NCBI RefSeq assembly: GCF_009914755.1
Contig: NC_060946.1
Length of the DNA stretch: 64,000 bases
Strand: one strand, 5' to 3'
Source of the DNA: the human T2T-CHM13v2.0 reference genome, Homo sapiens
Under the pieces are notes generated by a model. The model did not search any database and had not been told where the DNA came from. It was given only the letters and a program-made list of their open reading frames with translations. Below are positions 40,296 through 52,595 of this stretch, piece by piece; position 1 is the first letter of the stretch, and every line of letters begins with the position of its first letter. The translations under genes and the position numbers were made by a program.

Positions 40296-43200
40296 TCTTC
40301 TCTGATCTCCTGGCCTGGTGTAGTCACTCCTGCTGGTGGCTCTAATAAAGTCTATCTCACTGGGTGACTTATATTTTAGATCTTCAACCAGCACCTGATT
40401 CTTTTTTTCAGACAAGTAGATCTGAAAATGTGACTTTATTTTCTTCAATTCCACTTTCATATTGATTCATGCTCATACCTTCTCATTTCTTTCTGGTTTT
40501 CACAGGCAGAAATCCCTTGCTCAGAGACAAAAATTCTCTAAATTGAGACTTTGGAGGAGACCAAAAGAGAGTGGTTCGGGCCATGCCCGGCTCAGAGTCT
40601 AGGAGTGACTCAGAGATGCTTCTGGTCCCAGAGCTTCAATCTAGGCATTGGATACAATACCAGCATTCACAATGGAATTGTATTCTCTATATTAGCAACA
40701 AACCATCACAGATTTTGAAATAAAAAGAATATAATTTATAATAACATCAATATAAAATATTTAAGGGTAAATATTAAAAAATGGAAAGTCTTAAACTGAA
40801 AACTATAAAACGTTGAGAGTCATTACAAAAAAACCTTAAAATAACTGATATTCCTTGTTTGTAGTTGGAAAACTCAATGTGATTATAATTTTTATAATGA
40901 CAATTCTTTCCAAAGTTATCTAAGGAATCATTGTAAGGTCTTCAGTAAAAATAGGTTTGCAGGGAATGAGGAGATAAAAAAATCTCAACAAAGAAATGAA
41001 AACTGTAACAGAAAACATCAATGAAACAACAGACCTGGGATAATCCTTCTCAGCTGCCATGGGATCTAACTGTATTTAAGAAAGGGGTGAGTAGGAAGGC
41101 GGCTGCCAAATCCAGGAACACAGATGTCATTTTGAGTGACCAAGGTGAGCCAAGGGAGGACAGCTTTAGTCAGAAGAGCATAGACCAGGAGCAGAACTCA
41201 CATATCTGAAGCTGATGGGCAGAGTGTGGGTGCAATAGGCCTGGCATTGGGTGCTGCTGAGCTGAAATTATGCTGTCACCTGCAGTGCGCCCCTGGGGTG
41301 ACATGGTTCTGGTTGTTCTTCACCCCAGGGAAGGACACTGTGACCTGTTATCTGTTGGAGGATGAGGACTCAGAAAGCTCTTTATAAGAGAGGGCACCAG
41401 TGTGATATGAGGGTCCCTGATTGTCTTTCCAAAGGTTGGAAATTGAACCCGCATCTTTCATTTTTGTGTAGAGAACCCAAGATCCTTTTCTACATAATCA
41501 AGGGTTATTTCCAATAGCTGCCTTGGCCTGTCTCAGAAAGAGTGTGGGTTTGTCTTACAGCAATGGTGCCCACTATTTATGGGAACGTCTTGTATACCCT
41601 GATCTATGCTTTCAGGTCTTTGACATCTCAGGTTTTTGGCCTACCTAATACTAGCCATACGTCTGGGTACTGTGATCTACCTCCTACTACACATATAAAT
41701 GCCCATCTCAGCCTCATCTCTCCTTGGGATATAAATGTGTGCAAGGGATTTGAAGCAGCTCTGCCTTCTTTTTGGGTCCTAAGGATCAGGGTTATGGGTG
41801 TCTCCATCCTTCCCTGGGTCTTCTCCTCCTCACTGTCCTGAAACATGACCCAGACACAGGCTCCTGAGGCTCCTGCAGGCCTTCTTCCCTGCTTTTGCCA
41901 ACTGCAGGTGGACCCTGCCCTGTGCTCACAGGTCTTTGTATCTCTCCCTGCTGGTCAATTGCCCTGCAGGGGCTTTTCTTATTTCTCCATTATGAGAATT
42001 CCTTTGTTTTTGGAGGAAATAATTTTTATCTAATTTTTTATTTACTTATCATAATCCTAGAATTTGTATAAAAACTCCTGTTTTTGCATAATGAAACAGT
42101 TGCTATCTCATGCCATTTTATTCAAAGTCATGTGCTTCTGTTCACTTACTGGTTAGAACTGTTGTTTAATCATTGACAAATATTTATCGAACACCCACTC
42201 TGCGCCATGTTCTCCTATGTCAGGTGCTGGGTATACATTGATGAATGAAACAGACTCTATCCTTATGGAACTTGTGTCTAGTGAGCTTAGAAGTAAATTT
42301 TGTGAGTGCTAGGATGGAGAGTCAAGCTAAGGACTCTTAGTTCTGCCAGCATTTAACATGTTGTTCTTATACATTTTAAGAATAAATTACTCCAGAAGAA
42401 TCTTTTTTTTTTGTTTTGTTTTGTTTTGTTTTGGTGAAGAGTATCCACATAGACACACATAGCAAAGACCTTATAGAATGCATCAGAGATAAACAAAATA
42501 AAATGTAATGTTTCCCAGAGCTGGATGTAGTTTCTGGTTTGATTTATTTTAATGACATACAGAAGAAATCACTTTATAATGAAGTAAAATTCCACACTAC
42601 AGAAACAGAGTAAAAATACTTTCTTGAAAAAAATGCCAAACCTACCTTTAATCCCAAGGAAAGAGAATTGCTTGAATAGATCTGTTAGTATGAAACACAT
42701 AATAGACAACCTGCTGTGTAAAATTACTTGGAAGTCATATTTTAGAAGGTTTTAAACATTCTTAATATACTCTGTTTTTGATATTACGTCTTATATTTTT
42801 CTCTGTGGTGGAAATTTATTTCTAAGAAATAAGAAAGGATATTAGAATGGCAAAAAATATTTGTATAAATGTGTTAACATTTTAATGGTAACTATATATG
42901 AATAAAATAAAAACATTGTTAAAAATTTATTGGAATGAATAATAAAATTATCAAGTTTATAATTAATAAAATCAAGTATATTTCTTCTTATGCAATTTAA
43001 AAATAGTGCAGAATGTTTATTATTCTGGTATCACTAAAAATGACAAACTTCATTCATATCTATAGAAAAATAATTATAAAATTCAGCAAGTAATACAGGA
43101 GATAATTTGAACAAATATTGAAACATTTTCTTACTTAAAGACACTAGGTAAAAATTTCAGCAATGAGTAGAGAGGTTATCAAGGCGCATTTTATTATTGA

Positions 43201-43387
43201 TGATTGATATATGTTTTTTCTCTCGAGAAAGTGCACAGGTGGGTATCAGCAGAGGAGACAGTATAGGCTCCCCAGATGTCAAAGCAGGGATGCGCCAATA
43301 CCCATCAGTCATCATCATAAAAGACAGACTGTGCCTTCCTGTGTCAGGCTCTGTGCCAGGAGCTGTGTGCCCCATGTTCCCTTCCAG

Positions 43388-43525
43388 GGTCCTGCCTGAA
43401 GTCTGTGCTCACTCAGCCAGCCCCATCATCTGGAAGTAACAGTCCCCTCCTCCTGCACTGGAATAAGCAGAAGATTTGGGTGGACAGTGTGGCCTGGCCC
43501 CATCAGCTCCCAGGAGAAGCTCTCT
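43388..43525 (+). pseudogene. Unnamed 5' V-exon relic (clan I-like)
   Basis: cccttccag|GG TCC TGC CTG AAG TCT GTG CTC ACT CAG CCA = SCLKSVLTQPAP, then SSCTG and AWPHQLPG; homologous to 58260-58440. Confidence 0.72.
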
Positions 43526-44734
43526 GTCTCTCTCTCATCCTGCATGCCAGTTAATGACGATAAAACCCACCTAACCAACCCATCTACAACACTCAGCTTC
43601 ATCCCTATCTCTCTCTCACACTCCATCAAGGGACACAGTCATCCCATGGGTTTTTTCCCCTGGCATCTCTCACTTTCTTCCTCTTCCAGATCCCTGGGAT
43701 CAGCTATCACCCCACCCGACACCCCTTCTCCTGCTTGGCTGCCTTCAGGCTCTTTGTTGAGCCTGACACCAAAGGATGTCTTTCTAAAGTGTCAGTTTCA
43801 TCTATTCTGCCCCCAGTTCACAACCTGAAACAACCTCCGATAGTGAATCAAGCCAAGCCCCTCACTCTAAAGCACAGAGACATGCCATGAATTCCTAAGG
43901 GGATGACAGAATACATCATTGATGAGAAGATTGAACAAGTGAAGTGTGAGTGGCAAGTCAGGTGAGGACATTTGAATCCAATCTGGCATTTAAAATGTCT
44001 CTTCATTTCCGAAGTCCTATCTCTCCCTAGTAATGTTGTTTGACTGCTAGTCCCAGAGCAGGACCCCACATCCCAGTGACAGCCAAGTCACAGTCGCCTC
44101 CTTCCCTGGCCCCTGTGGAAAGAGCTGCTCAGGGCTTTGCTCCCAGAGCCCTCTGCATTCCCAACTTCCTGCAGCCTCCTTTCATTGGATGGGGGTGATA
44201 GTTTGCACATGCCTTTCTAGTAATCCAAGAAAAACTTACTGAAAAAGTCTGTTTGTTCATGTCAGTAATCAGGGGCATGACCAGGGCATGGCCCATAAAT
44301 GCCTCTGGACTGATACTCACCAGGCTCCCAGGCCAACACCACATACATGATTTCCACTGAGAGAATGCAGTCTGGACAGAGAGCAGCAGGGTACACTGTA
44401 GGTCTGCCCAGTGGGCATCCACAGCTGTGCCAACCCCTCCCACCCCACAAATTCCTCAGGGCTGGGCAGTGGACCCTGCCCTCACTGAGCCTGACTCAGC
44501 AGCTCTGTCCTCCCTGGGTGTGGTCCCAGCACCCACTTCCTCCCAGGTCTGGCCTGCCAGACTCCCCCCTCCACCAGACCCTAGGACTTGAATAAATACA
44601 TAGGGTAAGGTAGAGGCAGGCAATGTGGGGGACACATTTGGGTCCATAACTCCTCCTCTGTGAGGTCAGTGGAGGGGATAAGAGGCCTGAGGCAGCCCAC
44701 TATGGCTGTGGACCTCAGGAGGACTGTGTTGACC

Positions 44735-45258
44735 ATGGCCTGGGCCCCTCTCCTGCTGTTTCTCTCTCAATTCTCAGGTAGGCACAGGCCTCCCATGTCC
44801 AGGGCATGTCCCTCAGGCTTCACCAGTCCCCTCTGGCTAAAATCTTACAGCAACTTTATGCTGGTAGGTGGCCCAACTCCCATGTGCATCTGTGTCTGCA
44901 GGTTCCCTCTCCCAGCCTGTGCTGACTCAGCCGCCCTCCCTCTCTGCACCTCCGGATCAGCCAGACTCTCCTGCACCCTGAGCAGTGGCTTCAGTGCTGA
45001 TTTCTACTGGATATACTGGTACCAGCATAAACCAGGGAGCCTCCCCAGTATCTCCTGAGCCACTACCAAAATTCACTTCATGACCAGGGCTCCGGGGTCC
45101 CCAGGCACTTCTCTGGATTAATGGAAGGCCGGTCCAATAAAGGGCTCTTGCTCATATCTGATCTCCAGTCTGAGGATGAGGCTTACTATTACTGTATGAT
45201 CGAGCACAGCAGAGCTTCTCATGCTGACACACACAGGTGGGGAAGTGGGACAAAATCT
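44735..45258 (+). pseudogene. IGLVIV-64: V-lambda pseudogene IGLV(IV)-64 (IGLV5-like)
   Basis: Leader 44735-44777; acceptor 44900-44901. QPVLTQPPSLSA (frameshift) SARLSCTLSSGFSADFYWIYWYQHKPG...EDEAYYYCMIEHSRAS. RSS CATGCTG-23-ACAAAATCT (45220-45258). Confidence 0.87.
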
Positions 45259-45356
45259 CAGCCTGCTCAGAGTCTTGTTCTCTGATGAAATTTAGATCTT
45301 AAAATAACTTATATCACTTGTGTGGGATGAGTGAGATATCCCGAGCTCACAGGAAC

Positions 45357-45936
45357 TGTCGATGAAAAGAGTCGAGCTCTGTAAAATATTGAAGACATTT
45401 ATTCCAAGCCAAATATCAGTGACCAATGGCCCACAACGCAGCCCTCAGGAGATCCTGAGAACATGTACCCCAGGTGGTCAGGCTGCAACATGGTTTTATA
45501 CATTTTAAGGAGACATGAGACATCAATCAACACATGCGAGATGTACGTTGGTTGAGTCCAGGAAGGCAGCACAACTCAAAGTAGTGGGGCTCCAAAGATC
45601 GTCTTTTTGATAATTGGTTAAAAGAGTTAAATTATTGTCTAAAGACTTAGAACCAAAGGAATGCCTGGGTTAAATTAAGGCATTGTAGTGACCAAGGTTT
45701 TGTTGCTCAGAGGAAGCCTCCAGGTAGCAGGCTGCAGAGAGAATAGATTGTAAATCTTTCTTATCAGATGTAAAAAGTCTGTTCTCTCAGAAATTCCAAA
45801 AATGAGGAGGCATATCTGGCTCCCCGTTCCCATGATGACCTGAACTCTCTTTCAGATTAACTTTGGAATGCCCTTGGCCAAAAGGAGGGGTCTGTTCAGA
45901 TGGATGGGAGTCTTAGAATTTTATTTTTGGTTTACA
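45357..45936 (-). mobile_element. MER4A-type ERV1 solo LTR
   Basis: Minus strand begins TGTAAACCAAAAATAAAATTCTAAG and ends GACTCTTTTCATCGACA; TG...CA termini; 580 bp. Confidence 0.85.
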
Positions 45937-46769
45937 ATCCTGTAACACATCCTGTAATTTGCTGCCCAGAGGTCATTAATGGCCTGGAAGAAATAATGTG
46001 CCAGCTGCAGTGTTGTCCACAGAAAGACTTACTCATTCTGCTGCCCTGAGTAGTGATATCAGAAAGATCCATCTGCCAACAGTCAGAATGCCCTTCCAGG
46101 AGGGTTGCACAGTACCAGGGGTGCTGGAAGACCTGGGATCTGAGGCAAGCAGGGGGCACTGTTGGATGGATCCCAAGATGACAGGATTACCAGGCCACAC
46201 AAGGATTAAACAAGAGACAGTAACAGTCCACTGGCTCTTACACACTTGGATAAGCAGTGACCTCCCTGAAGAATGACTTTCCTGCACCTGGGCTGAAGGA
46301 CCCACATGAGCACTGGGTTTTGGATAAAATAGAGCAATTTCATTTATGAACATAGATGTGAAAATTCCTCAGCATATTCACAAGTAGAACCCATGCTGGA
46401 CCTCTGACCTCTAGGATTTAGGCTGAGAACAGGACATTTGTGAGGTCGGTGGGGAATAAGCATGAACTTTGGAGGGACAGCAGGTATGAGGGGTGCTGAG
46501 CCGTATGTTAGATGCCCCAATCAGGGAAAGAGCCTCGAGGCTTCCAGTGCAGCTTCCCTGATACCCTGTGGGAGAGAAAGATAGATACTGGATATGCTGC
46601 AATAGAGCTCACTAATGCTCTAGTAAAGAGCAGGCAGCTTGCATTAGCACAGTCCTTCAGGAGAGAAAACGCAGCCCCAGGAAAGCTGTCAGAGGCCAAG
46701 ATGACTCATTAGTCACATTGAATTCATAATGCATTTATGATGAAATATATGATAAATGTCTTATCCTTT

Positions 46770-47525
46770 TGTTCTTTTTTATTTTTTATTATCGTGGGTA
46801 CATAATAGGTGTATATATTTATGGGGTTTATGAGATGTTTTGATACAGGCATGCAATGTGAAATAATTATATCATGAAGAATGGGGTATCCATCCTCTCA
46901 AGCATTTATCATTTGTGTTACAAATGATCCAATTACACTCTTTACATAATTCAAAAAAGTACAATTAAGTTATTATGACCATAGGTATCCTGTTGTGCTA
47001 TGAAATAGTAGGTACTATTCATTCTTTCTAACTACTTTTTGTACCCATTAACCATCCCCACATCACCTCCTACTCCCTGCTACCTTCCCAGCCTCTGGTA
47101 ACCATTATTCTACTTTCTATGTACATGAGTTTCAAATGTTTTGATTTTTAGATTCCATAAAAAAGTGAGAATATGTGATGTTTGCCTTTCTGGGCCTGGC
47201 TTATTACACTTAATATAATGATCTCCAGTTCCATCCCTGTTGTTGCAAATGACAGACTCTTATTCTATTTTATGGCTGAATAGTACTCCATCGTGTGTAT
47301 TTACCACATTTTTTATGCATTCATCTGTTGATGGACACTTAGATTGCTTCCAAATCTTAGCTAAACAGTGCTGCAGCAAACATAGGAGTGCAGCTATTTC
47401 TCTGATATACTGATTTTCTTTATTTTGGATATGTATCCAGCAGTGAAATTGCTGGATCATATGGTAGCCCTATTTTTAGGTTTTTTGAGGAACCTCCAAT
47501 CGTTCTCCATAGTGGCTGTACTAAA
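46770..47525 (-). mobile_element. L1MA 3' fragment
   Basis: gggtacataataggtgtatatatttatgggg...ttttttgaggaacctcca; L1 C-terminal-like peptide at 47260-47460 (-). Confidence 0.85.
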
Positions 47526-47680
47526 TCCAAGAACATTCAAAATCATATTTATATCAGTGCTAAAAAGTGTGACTTGACTTCAAACAATAGCCAGTAGTTG
47601 GTAGGAATACAAGTATAAGTTTGCTAAAAATATGATTTGTCATTTATATGAATATTTCTGTTCCCAGAACAATCTCATGT

Positions 47681-48050
47681 AGACTGGCTTCTGGAATCTC
47701 TCCTACCTCCTACTGAGCTGACTCTCCTGGAGCCTGGCCGTAACGGTGCAGGGCTGGAAGCTATATACTACAAGCACATGCTGTATGGCATCCAGCACTA
47801 ACCTGGGCAGATGACGGCGAAACAATGTGTGATATTTCCATTTGATTTATTTTCCTTCTTTCTCTATAGAAAGTGTTATTATAAAACTGTTATGTTGAAG
47901 GAACACAAAATTTGAAGGAAAGGAATCAAACATAAATGTTAAATGTTTATGTGTGTTTATACTGTTGATCTATGATATCTCTTGTAGTTACTGTTCAACA
48001 TTTCTATTTTATATGCTTTTGTAAAATAAACAACATATTTTATACAAAAA
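47681..48050 (+). pseudogene. Putative 5'-truncated retrocopy (processed mRNA 3' end) of unknown source
   Basis: AATAAA at 48025-48030, short A-tail remnant, TSD-like AACAATCTCATGT / AAAACTCTCATGT; absent from the paralogous site at ~7220. Confidence 0.6.
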
Positions 48051-48333
48051 CTCTCATGTGTGCTAGTTGAAAGTAATGCCACCTAAATGCAATAACAGAA
48101 TTTGAGGAGACTAAAATGTGTTGATTTGAGAGACAGTAAGAGTAATTTAGAACAAGTCCCCATCTGGCTCTGAAATCTAATCCTTTGCTGGTATCCCTAC
48201 ACCTGAAAACCTGCAGGCTTTGCACCCGCTGCAGACAGATGACATTGGGTTAAATTCATGGGTCTCCACTGAGGGTCACAATAGGCTGGTGTGGCACAGT
48301 GCATTCTGGGAGATACAGAACTGAGGGACAGTA

Positions 48334-48696
<363 letters not shown>

Positions 48697-49204
48697 TCAC
48701 TGCACAGACTGGGTGTATGGTGTCCTCAGTGCCTGCTGCTTCCGTGTAAATGAACAGCAGGAGATCCTAGGGTATTAGTGAATTATATATTCATTTCCAA
48801 CGTCACACTCAAGATGAAGTCTCTACAGTATTTGAAATTGAACTTGGACAGCTTCAACTATTTTTGTTTCAAAAAATATTATATATACAAAAATACCCTA
48901 TTTCTGAAGGTAATTGGAGTTTATTTTACTTCCACAATAATACTAAACATAAATGGTTAGCGTATTATAAAGTGGTGTGTCTAGGCATGGACAGCAGAAG
49001 GCACTTGGAGCCTGTTCCTGAGGGGTCTGGGGGTGTTCGGAGCTGAGACCAGCCACTTCCCCTGTCTGGTGCTCTCTGTTCAGGGCTCACAGCTGTGATC
49101 TCCTCACCCCTGAACGGCTCACAGCACTACTCATACTTATCCCTATGGCGCCCTCAGGCAGAAGAGTCTGATCCAGGGCTCAGGGTGGGATCAGAAAAGT
49201 TCCC

Positions 49205-49243
49205 ATTTGCATGAGGAGATCCTCCCTGCCTCAGAGTATAAAG
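49205..49243 (+). promoter_or_regulatory. Octamer plus TATA of IGLV(I)-63
   Basis: ATTTGCAT at 49205-49212; TATAAAG at 49237-49243. Confidence 0.85.
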
Positions 49244-49319
49244 AGAGAAAAGGAGAGAGTTGGGAAAAGCTTTACTTCAACTGTGGGGCAAAAAGGCAGG
49301 ACTCAGGACAATCTCAAGA

Positions 49320-49820
49320 ATGGCCTGGTCCCATTTCCTGCTCACCCCCTTTATTCACTGCACAGGTGACTGGACATGGGGCCACGGAAGGGGCCCTGGG
49401 GAGCCCATGGAGAGCTGCTTTCTCCTCTTATTTATAGACCCAGAATCACCATGTCTGTGTCTTTCCCACTTTCAGGGCCTTGGGTCCCATCTGCGCTGAT
49501 TCAGTCACCCTCAGTCCCTGGGGCTCTGGGCCAGAGGGTCACCATCTCCTGCACTGGAAGCAGCTCCACTTTGGTTATTGGTGTGATATACACTGGTTCC
49601 AGCAGCTCCAAGGAATGACCCCCAAACTCCTCATCTATAAAAACAATTGGTGACACCTGTGGGTCCCTGACAATTCTCTGGCTTCAAGTCTGGCAACTCC
49701 ATTTTCGTGACCATCACTGTGCTACAGCCTGAAGATGAGGCTGATTATCACTGCCAATTCTACAAAAACAGCCTGAGTGCTTTCACAGTGCTCCGGGTTG
49801 AAGTAAGTCAGACCAAAACA
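49320..49820 (+). pseudogene. IGLVI-63: V-lambda pseudogene IGLV(I)-63
   Basis: Leader MAWSHFLLTPFIHCT-G (49320-49365); acceptor 49474-49475. PSALIQSPSVPGALGQRVTISCTGSSS, then frameshift and stop, then [33 protein letters not shown]-21-ACCAAAACA. Confidence 0.87.
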
Positions 49821-50074
49821 CACAGTGTGCCCAGCCATGAAGCTCTCCCATGCACCCCCTACTCTGCAGCTAAGTCAATGTGTTCTCTCACTTGTTTGTC
49901 CTAAAACTGGGGCCTGAGAACTTCTTCAGGGTAATTTTTCTAGGGAATGTGTCCTCACCCTCTCAATATCTGCCTCAAATTCACTCTTTGGCAACAATAC
50001 CATGTGCTCTTTTCTCAGAGGTAGCAGCTGGTACTGAATGCCAGAGGCCAGCTGCCCTGTGGTGGAGTACAGAT

Positions 50075-50753
50075 GGTTGAATCAGTCGGCTGGGGCTTCC
50101 ACAACAACACACCACAGACTGGAGTCTTCACCAACAGATATGTATTGTCTTACTGTTCTGGAGTCTGAAAGGACCAGATGAAGGTGCCACCCCGTTTGGT
50201 TTTCTCTTTGCCCTCTTTCCTTTGCTTCCAGATGGCTCTTTTCTCACTGTGTCCTCACATGGCCACCCCCAGGTCTGCATGTGGTTTTTGTACACATTTC
50301 TTATGAAGTCTTTAGTCCTTTTGGATTAGAGACTCATTCCTATGACTTCATTGAATCTTAATAATCTTAGTGTCCAGATCTCCCAATACGACAAATTGGT
50401 AACTTAGTTATAACATAAAAAATCAGGGGGCCAGGCTCGGTGGCTCACTTCTGTTAATCCCAGCACTTTGGGAGGCTGAGGTGGGTGGATCACGAGGTCA
50501 GGAGATTGAGACCATCCTGGCTAACACGGTGAAACTCCATCTTTACTAAAAATACAAAAAATTAGCTGAGCATGGTGGTACATGCCTGTAGTCCCAGCTA
50601 CTCAGGAGGCTGAGGCAGGAGAATCACTGGAACCAGGAGGTAGAGGCTGCAGTGAGCCAAGATCACCCACTGCACTCCAGCCTGTGTGACAGAGCAAGAC
50701 TCCATCTCAAAAAAAAAAAAAAAATTCGGGGTGGATGCAATATAATTTGTAAC
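50075..50753 (-). mobile_element. MLT1-type LTR interrupted by an Alu
   Basis: acaacaacacaccacagactgg...ttctcactgtgtcctcacatgg...ataatttgtaaca. Confidence 0.7.
50429..50724 (+). mobile_element. AluS element
   Basis: Full dimer with poly-A tail. Confidence 0.94.
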
Positions 50754-51594
50754 AAAGGATCAGGGGTCCAGGGACCCAGAGTCCATCTGTGTCTGACCCA
50801 GGAGAGGTGATGCTGCAGAGGCCACCTGGTCACTCCATTCCTCTGAGCTCCTACTATGTGCAGATTCTGGATGTGTTCTTGGTGCTCAGGGTACAGCGTG
50901 GATAAGACAGGATGGTCCCTGTCCTCCAGGAACTGATGCTATTTAGGGGAAAACAGAACACATCAGTAAATGTATCAATAGGAATATGACATGTTTTAGG
51001 AAAATGAAGAGAGGTGTGTTTTGGTGAGGTGGGGTGAGCAGACTTAGAGGAGTTGATGACAAAGATGCAGCGACTGATTAAGGTTGTAAAATTCACCTGC
51101 TGCAACATAAAGTGAACTAAGAGGAAGTGAGGGTCCAGGCAGGGCCATATGAGGCTCTGGTTTTGACACAAACATTAGGCTGTGGAGTCCTGGACATGGG
51201 CGGAACACGCAAACGGTGAAAGGTCATGTCTGCATGGTTCAGAAGTGGGAGGTGCTGAGGAATGGAGTGTGGGGAGACAGGGACCACAGCTGGGATCTCA
51301 GGACCTGTGAGGGGTATAGGTGAGCTGCAGCTAAGTGAGAAAACATTAAGGACCCTGTGTAGTTGACACAAGATTATTGACATCTTAAGTCTTCAATAAA
51401 TACAATCAGCGCTGACAAATGTGGCCGTGCCTCAGAAGAGCTAGAAATGTTTATGTCTAGGTAACTCTCATGTTCTGTAGAACTTCACTTGTATTTTTTT
51501 GGTTTTAAAGGATTATTATAAGAGCAGACGTTTATGAATATACTCCATTCTTTTATCCTCAATATTGCCCATCTCTTAAAATCCTTTGGCTTTA

Positions 51595-52595
51595 CACACA
51601 CCTACAACAAACTGATCTTCAAAAATTGATAAAAATAAACGATGTGTAAAGGATACCCTATTCAATAAATGATGCTGAGAAAACTGGCCTACAATGCAGA
51701 AAAGTAAAACTGGACCCCTACCTCTTACCATATAAAAAATTAATTCCAGATGAATGAAGACTTAAATGTAAGACCTCCAACTATTAAAATCTTAGAAGAA
51801 AAGTTGGAAAATACTCTTGTGGACATTGGTGTGGGCAAATAATGTATGTCTAATCATCAAAAGAAATTGCAACAAAAAACTTGACAATCAGGACCAAATA
51901 AAACTAAGGAGCTCCTGCATGGCAAAAGAAACTCTCATCAGAGTAAACAGACAGCCTACGCAATGGGAAAAATATTTGCAAACTATGCATCTAACAAAGG
52001 ACTAATATCCAGAATCTATAAGAAAGCTAAGTCAACAAAAAAATTTAACTCCATTAAAAAGTGGACAAAGGACATGGTCACTTCTCAAAAGAAGACAAAA
52101 AAGCAGCCAGCAAACATGAAAACATGCAGAACTTCACTTATCAGAGAGGTGCAAATCAAAACCACATGGGATATCATCTCATACCAGTGAGAATGGGTAT
52201 TATTAAAAAGTCTAAAAATAACAGATGCTGGCAAGAATACAGAAAAAAAGGAATGCTTATACACTGTTGGTGGGGATGTAAATTAGTACAGCTTCTGTGG
52301 AAAGCAGTTTGGAGATTTCTCAAAAAAAAAAAAAAAAAAAAACTACCATTGGACCCAGGAATCTAGGTGTGTACACAGAAGAATATAAATAATTCTACCA
52401 AAAAGATATCTGAACTCATTCGTTTGTTGCAGCAGTATTCACAATAGCAATAACATGGAATCAACTCAAGTGCTCCTTAGTAGTGGATCGAGTAAAAATA
52501 AAATGTGTGATACGCATTCACCATGGAATACTATGCAGCCATTGTGAACAACAAAACCATGTTCTTTGCAAAATATGGATGTAGCTGAAAGCTAC
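51595..52595 (+). mobile_element. L1P (L1PB-like) ORF2 3' fragment
   Basis: aactgatcttc...ctattcaataaatgatgctg...ggaatactatgcagccat; peptides such as [12 protein letters not shown]. Confidence 0.85.

Noticed and set aside
45357-45936. Possible MER41 interferon-inducible enhancer
   Set aside because: The termini match MER4A-type LTRs rather than MER41 as I recall them.
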